A stretch of 64,000 nt of DNA from Vicugna vicugna. Lineage: Eukaryota. The DNA lies in the NCBI GenBank assembly GCA_013265495.1, contig MU058463.1, positions 3,393,037 to 3,457,036 of the forward strand. The letters are read 5' to 3'. The position numbers were made by a program, and so were the translations under genes. A model generated the notes under the pieces. The model did no database searches. It had not been told where the DNA came from and worked only from the letters and a program-made list of their open reading frames with translations. Below, piece by piece: positions 11,693 through 25,425 of the stretch. The stretch's first letter is position 1; each line of letters begins with the position of its first letter.

Positions 11693-13795
11693 TTTTAATG
11701 GAGTATAACCTGTAAAAATACTGAATCACTATGCTGTACATCTGAAACTAATACAATATTGTAAAACAAAACTACTTCAGTAAGAAATAATTCTTTTTAA
11801 AAAAGGATCCTTGATTGAGAGGAAGATCCAGATATTGTACAATAAGCTGAAGGAGAACATAGTGAGCCAGTCTCCTGAGGTTACACTGCAGGAAATCAAC
11901 CCTCAAGACAGGGAAGTCATATTATCCATGAAACATAGGAAGCAGAAAAAAGAAAAACCTGCACCTGTATCATCATACAGTATGGTTGCCATGTTTGTTT
12001 TATGAAATGAAACCATAATTTCAAGATATATTTATTTCAATGATATCATCTAAAAGACCGGGATTTGATTAAGATATCTGAGATAAATTTCCACCCTCAG
12101 GGGTAAAGATGAAGACAAAAGGTAACTGTTTAAACATTTCAGAAGCACTCTCCCTTCTGTAATCAGTGCCATGTTTTTATATCTAATGTTCCTACTAGAA
12201 CCCGCTTCAGGGGAGGAAAACAGCTTTCTTGTTCATCATGAAGCCCTTTCACCACTCTATCCCTAAGTTAGGAATGCAATAAACGTATAAGCAAATCTTC
12301 TTCTTGCTTCTACTTGACCCCAAGAACTTCTCCACACTTCCTCCTACTTTGCAACTCAGAATCTTGCATACCTGGGTGTACAGGGTGAATTAGAAAACTC
12401 TGCTTTCAAAATGCTGTATTTAAAGAGAAGAGTACTCACTGAATGTGCATGCCAATATTGGAAAGTTGTCTCTTACACTGTCCAAGCAACACAGCTTCCT
12501 TTTAAAAGTTTTCTGGAGAGCCTTATTCACTGGGCAAGACACGTCATGTCCTCTTGTGTAACACTCCAAATTTCAAGACCTTTTCCCAACAGTCCCACGT
12601 CTCATCATTGTCTCTAGGGCATGTATCATAATAGCATCAGCAAGAAACTTCTGCTCTGGTTTGTTCCCAAAATCCCACAGGAAAATTACAAGATTTTTTT
12701 TGTTCTGGTAACATACAGAAACGCCCCTCTCTGAAGTGTCCCCAGGCTCCTTTTTCTCCTTCCTCCACAGCTACATTTAAACTCTTTATTGTCTCAGCAT
12801 CTACAGAATTTTATTTAAAGTTCTTTTATAGTATTTTAATATTAAATCAGGGTAATTTCATTTAGTAAATATTTATTAAGGATCTACTCTGAGCTAGGCA
12901 ATTAGATATACAGTGAATGTGAACCAGACAGGTAAACAGTCACATGCTCACAAAGCACTTTGATTTAGTGGGGGAATCAGACAAATAATGGGCAATGCCA
13001 CACAGTGAGAAATGTACTATTAAAGAAGAAGAAATAGGAGTGAGAGCAACATGGTTGGAGCCATGGTTGAATCCATGGTTGAATCCAGAGGAGGAATAAG
13101 GAGAGATGTGGCTGAAAAGGTTGGGACCTGACTATGAACTCTTGCTTATCTACCTTCTACACCCCAGGAAGACTCGGCCAAGGAAGGACAGGATTCTTTC
13201 CTGTGAGGACTAAAGACACTGCCTCAGAATCCTTTTCAACACGGCTCTTTGATCAGCAGACCCCTGGGATCCCTTTCACTACACTTTCAGGGGGACTGCA
13301 AGGTGCAACTCTCTTCATAATCATAAAAAGACATCATTTTCCTTTTCATGGTATTGACATTTGCTCTGAAAGGAAAACTGTTGGCACCTTAATACAAACC
13401 GAGGCAGAAGAACCAAACTGTAGTGTGATCATTCAATACTTGATCTCCATGCATTCACAGAGGGGAAAATGAAAAGCCAATTAATTTGGGAATACCCTTG
13501 ATGAATCGGTAAAATAATTAATTTTATAAAATCACGATCTTTGAATTCACATCTTTAAGAAGTCCATGTAACGAAATGAGAAGTACAAATAAGGCACTTC
13601 GGCAGCCTACAGAAGTATGATGGCTCAGAGAAAAGCGTCGGTGTGATGGTTTGACCTGCAAGTTGAACGAGCTGCTTTTTTCATGGAACGCCATGTTCAT
13701 TTGAAAACTATTTAACAGGCAAGCTATGGTTATTCAGACTGAAGTATTTGGCAGATATTTTCTCAAAAATGAACCAAGTATGTTACTTCAAAATA
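11693..13795. repeat. Tandem segmental duplication, copy 2 (2,103 bp)
   Basis: No mismatch or indel seen by eye against 9590-11692. Divergence resumes at 13796 (caactgatag). Confidence 0.97.
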
Positions 13796-14621
13796 CAACT
13801 GATAGTATTTGTTGCCTGTAACCGAATTAAAGCTTTCAAGTGAGAATCAAGATTTTGGAAGACTCACATCTACAACCTTGAGTTAGACAGCATTATAATA
13901 CTTAAAAATTATCTGATGACATAGTGGTGATATTAACAAATGTGTTTTTTTTAAATAGAAATGTTGTATAATGAAGTGTGCCAACATTTGATCTTTAAAG
14001 CAGACTAATAAATAATGTTACAAAATCATGCAGGATAAAGATCCATTCAAAGAGCAGGATGGTCTAATGAACTTAATATAACAAGCAAGAAAAGTTCATT
14101 GATATGGGTTCAGGCTCCACAATGTGCCCAATCTTTAAGAGATTAAGTTTTGAGTCAAAGAATATCTACAATTATCCAAAACAGCTATTAAAATACTCTT
14201 CCTTTTTCTAATATGAATCTGTATACAACCTGATCTGCTTTATGTATTTCAACCAAAGCAACCTAGTTCAATGAATTGAATGCAGAAGCAGATCTGAGAA
14301 TTCAGTTGTCTTCCTTAAAGCAGACATGAAAAAGATAAACAAAAATGTAAAGTAATGCCCATAATGTCTTCTCACTAAATATGCTTTTGATTTGGGGAAA
14401 AAAAATTGTCTGAAAAAGATAGTTATTTTATACAAATATCTTACTGCTTATGTAATGGGCTCATTTTATTTTAAATAAATGTTTAAAAAATTGTTCTCAG
14501 TTTTAATGCCTAAAACAGCACATGCCATAGATATAACCTATGCAAACAAAAGCTCTTTGGGGTCCTCAGTATTTCCAGAGTGTTAAATGGGTCCCAAGAC
14601 CTAAAAGTCTGAGAACGGGTG
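13223..14621 (+). mobile_element. hAT-Charlie DNA transposon (Charlie1a-like), near full length
   Basis: 5' end as above; continues through 13796 without a break; 3' end acaaaagctctttggggtcctcag...gggtcccaagacctaaaagtctgagaacgggtg. Confidence 0.8.
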
Positions 14622-15939
14622 CTTATTGTGATGGTCAATAAAAGGTTGTTAAATAAGTTCAGTGATAAAGGAAAGTGGTGTTAAACCACTCTCTCTTATA
14701 TTTATATAATAGCTTATCATTTAAAAGGGCTTGCATATTGAATAATTTGAGCTAGATAGGCCTGGAAGCTGAGAGTCAGAGAGATTAATTATCTTAAAAA
14801 GATAACACTGCTAGTAAAGTATAAGGACAGAGACTAGTTCTGACTCCTAGTTCAAAGCTCCTTCCATTCTATCCACTTATCTCTGGTTTAGATTAGACAT
14901 AGTTTTCAGCACTCTCACCAGCTCAAAATCCTCACTGCTCAGTGCTTTGCACTTTTATTTTCTTCCTTTCCTTGTTGTTACATTTGCTTAAATGCCTTGA
15001 CTTTGCCAAAGCTGATGTGCAACATCACTCCCCTTAGATAATGTGGACACATATCCGAAATCAAACTAGACTTTACTCCTAGCAGTGTACTTTAAAAAAA
15101 AGTTCAATAATATCTTTTATACAAACAGAGCAGAAATTGTTTATAGTCCTTCTGGAAAACAAAAGGATCCATACTTCCTACATTGTTCTCATAAATAAAT
15201 ATTGCAGCTGGGCTGGTCTCAGTTCCCACCCCAGTGCTTCCAGAAAAATCCCTCCTCCTATCGTAAATAGGCCCTTTCTGTGGCCCCCACCTGGAGGAGA
15301 TCACTGGTTGTATATACTTAGGTTTATGCTCTAATTCCTTGTAAAGCCCTTAAATCTAGGCTCTACTGATCTCATAGGATTCCCAGGCTCCTACCTTCTT
15401 GCTTGAGTTTGACATCAACTTGGTGTGATATGATTTTTTTAAGTCTTTATGTATTTTTTAATTTGCTACAACTGGAAGTTCAAACACAATATTACCAAAT
15501 TATTCTCTTTCAGTCTAGCCTTCATTTTGCTCATGTTCTAGCCTGCTTTTATTGTCCCCCTGTGAAGTGACTGAGCTATTTCTGATGCTACTTCTTATTA
15601 TGGTTTCTGTGATTATTCTGATAATCCTTCAATATCATTCAGTATCATTCTTGGTTTCATAGTAGTTTTATCTCTTCAGTACTTCTGCAATACTTTGTAA
15701 CTCTATTATAGCTTGTCACAATGCATTACTATTTTTTTAACCATAGACCGTTAACCCCTTTAAATACTCCCTTATTTTTTTGTGCCTAGCATCAAGCACT
15801 GTGCCTAGTTTATAAGGGGCATGCAAGAAATACTTATTCAATAAACAAATGCATGAAGGAATGAATGAAGATACTGCTTATTATCATACGTCTAGACCAT
15901 CTTTGGGTCAAAGATTATTCAAAATTTCCAAAATACCCA

Positions 15940-18060
15940 TAAGTAGAAGTATGAATGGAAATATCATAAATGAAAACACTTGATTAATTTACAGCAACAT
16001 TGAAAAAAAGCATAAAATATCCAGGAATAAATCTAATGAAAGATATTTAAGACTCCTGTGTTGGAAACTATAAAAAAAGTACCAACAGAAATCAGAGTTA
16101 AATAACTAATGTGATGTACCATGTGTATGAATTGAAAGGCTTGATATTTTTAAAATATTTGTTCTTTCTAAGTTGCTCTATAAATTCAATGTAATCCTAA
16201 TCAAAATCCCAGCAGGTATTTTATGGAAATTGATGAACTAATTCTAAAATGTGTTTAAAAAGATAAAGACCTATGAATAGCCCTTGACAAAAAAGGTTGC
16301 TATAGCTCATTGTAAAGCTATAGTATTTAAGATAGTGTGATATCGGTTCAAGGATAAATACATAACCAGTGAAAGAGAAGAGCACGTTGAAAAACTGACC
16401 CAGAATTAGTACTGTCATCTGATTTATGACAAAGGTGACAGTGCAGTGAAATGGAGAAAGATAGTATTTTTAAATAAATGGTTTTGGGTTAGTTGAATAT
16501 CTATATGGAAAATAGTGAATCAGGACCCCATCCCCAATCTCACACAACACACAAAAATTAGTTCTAGATGTTAAAGAGATCTAAATGTGAAAGGTAAATA
16601 ATAAAACTGTTAAAAGAAAACATCAAAAATCTTCATGACCTTAGGCTAAGCAATGACTACTGAAAAAAGATACAAAATGCACTAACTTAAAAGGAAAGAC
16701 TATAACCTAAACTTTTCTATTAAAATTAAGAGCTTGTGCTTATCAAAACACAATTAACACCTGAAAAGGCAATACATAGTGTGGTGGAAGGTATTTGCTA
16801 GACATATACTCCACAGAGAACTGATTTCCAGGATAAGAATTCCTACAAATCAATAGGAAAATGACAGATAGTGAAACTTTAAAATGGTCAAAAGTCTTAG
16901 ACATTTTACAAATGAGAATATCTAAGTGGCTAATAAACATATGAGATATCTAACTTTAATAATCACCAAGGAAATGCTAATTAAACTATAGTGATATCAC
17001 ATTTACATACCCACCAGAATGGCTAAAATGAAAAAGCCAATTCTGTATTTACTGAGATCATAAAGCAACTGGAACCCTCATATACTGTTGTTGGGGGTGC
17101 AAATTAGTTCAACCAATTCAGAAAACTATTGGTATCTACTAAACCTGAATATACTCATATCCAATAACCTATCATTTACTCCTAAGTTTATAACCCACAG
17201 AAATGCTCTTACAGACTGAATTACATCCTACCAGATTCATATGTTGAAGTTCCATTCACCACTGTGATATATTTAGAGATAGGGCCTTTAAGGCAGAATT
17301 AATGTTAAATGCAGTCATAAGGGTGGGACCCTAATCCAACAGGACTGGTGTCCTGATAAGAAGAGGAAGAGACCCCAGAAGTAGAGGCACAGAGGAAAGG
17401 CCACGTGAGGACATAGCAAGGAAGCAATTGACTTCAAGTCAAGGAGAGAGGCCTCTGAAGGAACCAAACCTGCCAACACCTTGATCTTGAACTCCCAACC
17501 CCCAGAATTGTGATAAAATAAATTTCTGTTATTTAAGCCATCCATTCTGGGCTGTTTTGTTACGGTAGCGCTAAGCAGACTACTACAAATACACTCAGAT
17601 TTCAACAAAAAAGACACATACAAAGATGTTTCCAGCAACACTATGAAGGATAAACAAAACCTAGAAACAGCCCAGATGTCACTCAAGTATAAATTTTTTT
17701 AATTGTGGTAATGTATACAAGATAAAACCCATAGATTACAGCTAGACGCAGCAACATGAATGAATCACACAAACATAATGTTGAGTAAAAGAAACCAAAT
17801 AGAAGGGAATACATACTGAATGATTCTCTTCATAGAAGTTATGGCAAATCAGTCCAAATGAATCTGTGATATTAAAAATCAGGAGAGAAGTTAAGCCTGG
17901 GGACAGTAACAGGAAGTGAGTGCCAAGGGACTGTCTGAGATGCTCTTAATATTCTGATTCGCAATCTTAGTGAGTGCTAGTTACATGGATATGTCTCTTT
18001 TGTGAAAAGTCATTGAACTGTACATTATTTACTCAGTTTTTTTTAACGTATGTCATGCTT
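15940..18060 (+). mobile_element. Old LINE-1 (L1M-type) ORF2 3' region and 3' UTR, interrupted by an MLT1 LTR
   Basis: Degenerate ORF2 motifs (aaatatccaggaataaatctaatgaaagat; tataaattcaatgtaatcctaatcaaaatccc; cccaccagaatggctaaaatgaaaa; gcaacatgaatgaatcacacaaacataatgttgag). Confidence 0.85.
17207..17587 (+). mobile_element. MaLR LTR (MLT1B-like) nested in L1
   Basis: cataagggtgggaccctaatccaacaggactggtgtcctgataagaagaggaagaga...ataaatttctgttatttaagcca...gactactaca. Probable 5-bp TSD AATGC/AATAC. Confidence 0.85.
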
Positions 18061-19729
18061 CCATAACAACTAGCAAGTGGTAGGTCTGGGATTCAAACCC
18101 TGGCTGCCTGGTTCCAAATCTCTTAATATTTTATTACACTGTCAAGTGATTTTATATTCTAATCATGATAGGTAGTCTTAGGTATCTTTGTACATCTTTC
18201 CATAATCTATACTGACAACTCATATCATTAAAGATCTTCTAGAACATTTCCTCTGACTCAACAGCTTGGTAATAAGATTCTCTTCCCTGAAGTCCCTCTT
18301 TATTTTTTCTCTCAGAACATTTTTGTTCTCACCACTTCAGATTCCAAGTCCCTTGTCTTCTCCCATGAAGCTCAGAAGCAGGAAGGGTTTTGCCCCTCAC
18401 GAAACACCCTGCATGCTTACACCAACTTGAAGTTTCCCATGCTGAGTCATCTTGGGAATGTCGCATGGCTTTAAAAGTTCTCAGAAATTCTTTAACTTTC
18501 AGTTCATCAAACACACCCGGATTCTAGCGTATGGCAAGACGTACTACATGGATTTTCTCCTATTACTTTTAGCTCATAGCTTTCCATGTAAACCTCCCAA
18601 GTATTTACCCTTTCACCCAACAATTTTCCTTCGGACCTAACCCATTTTTTCCCCATGATGAAGTCATCTAAGACAAGTTTGTCAAATGCGGCACAAACCA
18701 CGGGAAAGCCCCATGTCCACAGATCTTGTATGTATTAATCTTTTTTCTATTTATCAATTTAAAATCAATGAAACCCCCAAAGTGTATAATTCAGAGCCTT
18801 TAACATATTTTCATTGATTATCAACTGTTCCAGTTTCTAAATGGACATTACCTTATGGTTAAAAATAATAACTTTATTTTACCCTAGAAGGAAATAAAAC
18901 TAAAAAAGAAAGAAAAATAACCAAAACTCTTGTTAAATAAAATCACATATTTGTATCTTTCTCCCCCTTATCTTCTATTATATTATCCCACTTTACCAGT
19001 TCTCTGTGTGAAAGAAAATTTTCAAACCTCAGAATTTGCTGAGTCAGTTTTTCTGCTTCTTGGCTGCCTTCCTACTGGTGTTTTGTTGTCAATAGTTCTA
19101 CTTGCCTCTCTGCCGCATTCACAGAAAAGACATTTCCCCACATCCTCTCTCAGCTTCTGCACATCCAGCTTCCTTCTCCTGTCTCCAGGCACTGCTGCTG
19201 GAAGTTATCTTGTCCCTGCTGATCAAAGAAGGAAACTCAAATCTCTCCCTCTTCCCCTTCCTCCTTCCTTCTATCCCATTTACCTTTTAAAGAAAGAATT
19301 ACATAGGAAATTAGAAAGACCCAAACACACAGTATTTTCCAAATTTAACTAAAATGATAAAATATACATCTTATTTTTGGCCTTGAGATGCATAGAATAA
19401 ATGGCTTTTCATACAGGAAAAGTAAATGCACTGCAATGTTTCAAGAAAAAAGAAATTAAAATGTAGATGGACCAGTCACTGTGCAGGTCTTAGATGGGAT
19501 CCCTCACTCCTGACCCTCAGAGACTCTCATCTCTGGGTCTCTTATTTCTGGTCCATTCTAAAATGCATTGTTTTGGAATTCAATGTTCCAAAATTTAGCT
19601 TCTTAAACCACTCTTTTTGTTCCACACCTCATCCCTTATCCCATTTCTCATGACTCTCTTTGCTATAAAGGTCATGGCCCAAATTACCATGTTGTTTCTC
19701 CTTGTCATTTGTATCAGTAGATATCCATT

Positions 19730-20200
19730 CCCTCAGTGAATCATCAAACAGTTACCAAGAACCTACCCTGTATCAGGCATGTTTTAGGTGTAAGGGCTAT
19801 AGATACGAACAAGTCAATTATTAAAGAGTCATACTAAAAAATATATAACATACTATCAGAAAGTGATACAACTGAAAACAAAGGGAATAGAAAGCTAAGG
19901 GGTGGAGAGACAAGGTCCTAGGGAAGCCCCTCTTAAAGGAGAAGACACGAGAAGGGAGACTAGTGAAACTGGGGATCAAGACTGTCAAAAATCTTAGGGT
20001 AGCGCCTTTCAGACTAGAGTAGAAGGTGGTTCAGCAAGAGGAAGGCCCCGAGGAAGGATTCAGTTTGGTATGTTCGAGGATCAGTAAAGAGGTCAGTGTG
20101 GCTGGAGTGGAGTCGTGGGTAGGGGGTTGGAGGAGGGAAGGAGCTGACCAGGACAGATCATTTAGGTCCATTCAGCCAGCGGCAAGGAGTTAGGAATTTA
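19730..20200 (-). mobile_element. L2 fragment
   Basis: gaacctaccctgtatcaggcatgttttaggtg...gtatgttcgaggatcagtaaagaggtcagtgtggctggagtggag. Confidence 0.7.
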
Positions 20201-22189
20201 CTTGGCATTTATCTTCCAAATTATATTTGGACTTCATTCAGTTACTGGAAGACATTGGAAAGTCATAAACAGGGAAACTTGAACTAGCTGGGTATATATT
20301 TTGGTCTCCCCAGCTGGGGTGTGGGAAACTGACTTTAGGGGCAGAAAGAGTGCAGGGAGACTCCTCAAGTCATTCCTGTCTCTCCCAGTCACACAGCCTT
20401 GGATGTCTCTTGGATGTGGCTCCAACACTGCATCTTAGCAGCTCACTTTCTCACCTCCTTAAATGACAGCCCCCTGCCTTATCTCTCCTGACTGACTCCA
20501 ACACAAGCCTCTGCCTTCCTCCTTCTATCTCAACAGGACACTCCTCGGCCAGTGCCTGCTGCTGGGGAGCAATCCACACCTCCAGCCAATTTATTCTTAT
20601 AGGAACACTATCCATAGTCCCCATTTTACACCCCCAAAATACCACCAGGCTCTGGAAATTTCCAGAATTTTTGTTTACTTCTTACAATTTCAAGCTTTTC
20701 ACAGTTTAAACCACCCAAGCTCAAAGAGCATGCATATAAATACAATTTTGTTCTAGTATTGCCTTTAAGCAAGTTTTAAATGTTCTGTCCTAAATTTCTA
20801 CAGCAAGCAATCTCAATGAGTTGCACAAACCCACTAGAAAAGGGAGACGTCAGTTCCTGAAAAGTCTTGGAATTGTGCCTTATCCATAGCTTGAAAAGGC
20901 AAGCGGGAATGTGACAGAAACATTCCAATCAATTTTGCCTAGGTCAAAGAAAACCACTTTTTTATGTTTTCAAGTATCTTCAAACATCATATCCTTTATT
21001 TATTTACAACAGCAGATATGTGCGGGCTTCTGGTTCTGGTGGAATGCAGCTGACCTCGTAGAAACCTTCCTGGCTGTTCAGTTACACTCTGAAGTCATTA
21101 AAATTTTCCAGAGCAAATTTCCCAAATTTCTGATAACACGAGATACATTATGTACAGCAAAAACACTAGGTTAAAAACATAGAGTCAAGCTCTTGGAAAC
21201 AAGATGGTAGTTTTCAGTCATAAAATCTACTCCGATTATCCCTACTGAATACATGAAAATGGTAGAGGTAGGGAGGGGGTGGAGGGGGGCTTTGAAAACA
21301 GGATAAGGGTTCCTTCCTCATGACTTTCCTTGTGAACAGGGGCCTCAGATCAGCCTGCAGTGGACATCAGAGAGATTCACGTTACCCCAGTGTGATAAAT
21401 AATGAAACACAATGCATAATTGTCAGCGAGTTCTTAGAACCTTCTCAGACCCAAGCTACCATGCAGAATGCATTACCTCAGGCTCCACAGGGTCACGAGG
21501 GAGGTAACCAAGTGTTGGGATGAGTACATAGACATAATTGTCCTGTCATTATAACAGCCCTCTAGAAAAAACTAGGATTCCATTTTGCTCAGCTGTGTGC
21601 CTGTCTCTGTTAGGAAAGAATAAAGTTGTCTTTGCAAGCAGCAATCTTGAGCATGCAAATTTAGCTTCTCATCTTGCAGTTCAACCATAGACCTGGCTGC
21701 ACAATTAACTTTGGAAAGAAACACTTTATCTTTTATTCTCACTGACCTGAAGATATTTCTGTAATATGAAAAATGCTTAATGAAATGTAATAGTTACAAA
21801 AGAGAGGTAATGACACCGGAGGCCCAATTACAGCTATATACTTAGCAGGGACCCTGGGGCCACAGGGTGGAAATGGAACTCCACTTCTTATGAGATGTCA
21901 CTTCACAAAACCAAGGGCTCAAGTGACTCTAAGGATGTCCCAAATTGTGGAAGCGTGAGTGAAGGCTGTTTTTTGTTACTCTTGCCTGTTTGTTTATAAG
22001 GGCAGTCGGGGACTGAACTGTCCTTTCCCAAAGTGCCTAACTCTTTTCAGGAGCAGCTCACAATTCTGCACACAGATCAGTATGAAGCAGGTGACCAGCT
22101 CAGGAGGTAGAAGATGATGCATTCTCTTCATTTCCTTCAGCACATTTAATAAAACTTTTAATTATTTTTATTTTCTTATTTATTTACTG

Positions 22190-22320
22190 TTTCTACCACC
22201 AATGTATAAATTACATGAAGGCAGAAAACAAGTCTGTCTTGTTCCATTTTCTATTTCTCAGCACCTAGCACTTGTCTGATGCAAAAAAAATTTACTAAAT
22301 ATCTGTTGAATGAATGAGTT
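22190..22320 (+). mobile_element. L2 3' tail
   Basis: aatgtataaattacatgaaggcagaaaac...cagcacctagcac...taaatatctgttgaatgaatga. Confidence 0.7.
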
Positions 22321-23404
22321 TTGGATTTATTTTTCTCAGCTGTGAATTAAGAACACTATTGCCTTCACAAGATTTTTTTTGGTATCAAATGAGATTGTAC
22401 ATTTAAAGCATTTTGTGAAATAAATGTATAATTAAAATGAGCTGTTGTTACTGTTTACTCTGCAGAAAAGCCTTCTAATTCCAGAGAGAATAGCATCTCT
22501 TCCTCTATAACCAATGGAAAATATTTCTCAATGTTGCTTAAGGTAACAGAGTTGTTGAACATAGGTTTCTGGTAAACTAACCCTCAAATTTTTAAAAACT
22601 TAGATAATTTTATTACGGTAGGCAAATAGATGGGAGGAAATTATCTATTTTGTGTTTTATGACTTAATTGATGTAATATTTGATTTAATATAGTGTAATA
22701 CCACTTATAAGGCAATCGTTTATATGAGTTCAGACACAATTCTTCATTAATTGAGGGAGTGAACTTGAACTGTTTATGACAGACTGTCTTTTTGTCTCAC
22801 ATTTATAGGAAATTGTGTTTGAATCCCTTCTTTGTCAGGAACAAGATGTTAAACTTTAATTCAGTACCACTTTGGTTAGGAAAGACATTTAAAATACAAA
22901 CCAGGATTTTCAAGCCACAGTTGTTAGTGGATGGACTATTTAGAGAATTTCCTAAGAGTCTTGAATAATACGACATGTCATCCAAAAAAATCTTTGCCGT
23001 CCCTTTGGGAATTCCAGCTATTTAGGGTTACATAATACTACTTTAGTACATATGTAGCTGACCACTAGTCAACTGCAAAAACGGCAGCATTTCAAGACGT
23101 TCTCAGAAACAAACATAAATATCAAAGATAGAAAAATAATATTATTGCTATAACAACCCCAGCCAGATCTGTGCTTATCTCTGTTGAAAGACCCATTGCG
23201 TAGAAGAAGTTCCAATTTTTATTTTTAGGAGATTATGAGAAAAGCGTCCAAAAGGGACATCCATGGGACATTACTCCCACATTTTTATTCAAAATTGGCA
23301 TTTCACTGCTTAAGAATTTAGTCATTTGGTGCATCCTAAATAATATTTTGAGAAATGCTTGTTAGAATTAGCTGTATTTTGTCATTAACATCGAGTTCAG
23401 ATCA

Positions 23405-23640
23405 ATTTCCATTCCATCCAACAGACACGCTGATAAGTACTTACCCTGTGCTGAGCACTGCTGTGGACACAGGGTAGCTCCCACCGTAGTGGGGAAAAAG
23501 ATACGCACTTGATGTTGGACAGCACAGTCTGTGCAACGCTAGAAGAAGAACAGAATGCTTTTAGGGGGCCAGGGGAGGAGCACTTCTTCAACACCACCCA
23601 ACTGAGCAGGTCAAGGAGTGATTCCTGGTGCAAGTGCACC
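23405..23640 (-). mobile_element. L2 fragment
   Basis: ccattccatccaacagacacgctgataagtacttaccctgtgctgagcactgctgtggacac. Confidence 0.55.
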
Positions 23641-25254
23641 ATCCCTGTGTCCTGGAGGGTGAATTTTTACTGAGCCCTAGATAGTCATCAATCAAGAAAT
23701 CCCATTACTTTCTCTAGCAAAGCCTTTCTTGATTATATTTTAAGAACATTTTTCATATTTAGATCTTTACATTTCCCCTTCTCATATTTTCCCTAACTGT
23801 GTAATGATTCCAGGCACAATATTTCCAATATACGCAAACCAATAATCTGACTATCCCCTTATCTCTCCTACCTTTCACAAAAGAGTCTGAAAGATCAGAA
23901 CATGTTTAGAGAGGAAATTTTTAAGTTTCTTTTGCTCTTTGGATTACTAGTTAGGTTTCTGGAACTTCTAGGACAACTCAGAAGGATCCTGGAGTTCTGG
24001 ACAATAACAGAATTACATTTACTAAAGCTCCAGGCAGTTCTCTAGTCATTCCTAACACTGTCTTCTTCCCGTGTTTCTCTCTTTTCTCCTGTTCCAAGCT
24101 TTGATTACTCTGCTTGCACCAAAACTGAAATGGTCCTGGGCATTTCTTGATTTCCTCAAGACATAATTGATTTAAATGAAACTTGAAAAGAGTGTTTTTA
24201 ACCTACTGTTCATAGTTATCCCTAATGCTTGCCTTTCAGAAAAACCAAGGTCAAAATATTCTTGATGCTTGATGCTTTGCACAGCTTTAGTTAACAGTGA
24301 GATGAGACTGAGAAATAGCCAGCGATGTGGGGCTCTGAAATACTGGGTAGTCCAGTGAGGACTCCAGGAGAACCGTAGGAAAAAAACAGTATGCAAAACT
24401 TCTTGTGTCTGTGGACATGACGCATTTTCAGAGGAGAGATGCACAGCTCTCATTAGATTCTCAGAGAGGTCTAAGACAGAGGAAAGAAGATTAAGAGTCA
24501 TTTGATCAGAAGTAATGATACTCACATACTTAAGGGCATTTAATCATTTGTAGAGTGACAATGCTGGTCCTTCTCTCATCAAGTTCTCCTTTCTCTTTCC
24601 ATTCTTACTTGTTTTCTCTCTTTGATTTGAGTCTTTCATCTCTTGATAATCATGAGAACCAGTCCAGAAGCCCAAAATTTTGGAAATCACCAGGCACAGA
24701 GGTATTATCAAATATGTATGACTTTCAGATATAATGGAGAATGACAGGTAAGAGACTTGAGAATGGGAGGTACTGTATTATCCATGCTCTTTTTCATCTC
24801 CCTTAGTCCCTCAATAATTCAGGATACCTGTGGAGGACCATGACCCTCTCCTTCTAGCTTTCATGTTCCTTCTCTTCCTAAACAACACACTTTGCCACCA
24901 TGGGTATTGTGTTTCAGCTGCAGGCAATGGGCAACCATCTCGCAAATCTACATCCTACACCACACCCTACTCCAAGTGTTCGGAGAAGACAACCAAATGA
25001 GAAGATGGTGGTATTTTGGAAAGCACAGCTGAACATGAATTTTCCCATTTACATGGAGCTCTTCCTTTACAACCCTCACCTAGGGATGACTCACTGTTTA
25101 AAACCATTGTAGAACACCTTCAGGTCTGGTTTAATCTTATTCGTATAAAGTACATGTTCTCAGTGTTGACTTCAGTTTGGAATAAACTGGGGAGATTTTT
25201 AAATCATTGATGCCAATATCCCAACATGATGACACTGATTTAATTGGGCCAGAG

Positions 25255-25425
25255 CAGTGGTTCCCATACTGGATCATGCATGGGGGTATTTTTAAAGAAG
25301 CACACACCTGTTCCCTAACTCCAGACAACTGAATATGAATCTATGGGAATAAGATCCACACAATTGCAGTTTTCAAAACTTCTTAGATGATTCTGATAGA
25401 CAACAGAGTGGAGATTCACTACTGT
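25255..25425. mobile_element. MER5-type hAT MITE
   Basis: cagtggttcccatactgg...gacaactgaatatgaatctatggg...agatgattctgat...gagattcactactg. Confidence 0.6.

Noticed and set aside
9708..13472. Three pairs of identical ORFs suggesting a duplicated gene cluster
   Set aside because: Chance ORFs in non-coding and transposon DNA copied by the tandem duplication; the 112-aa ORF runs into Charlie1a terminal sequence.
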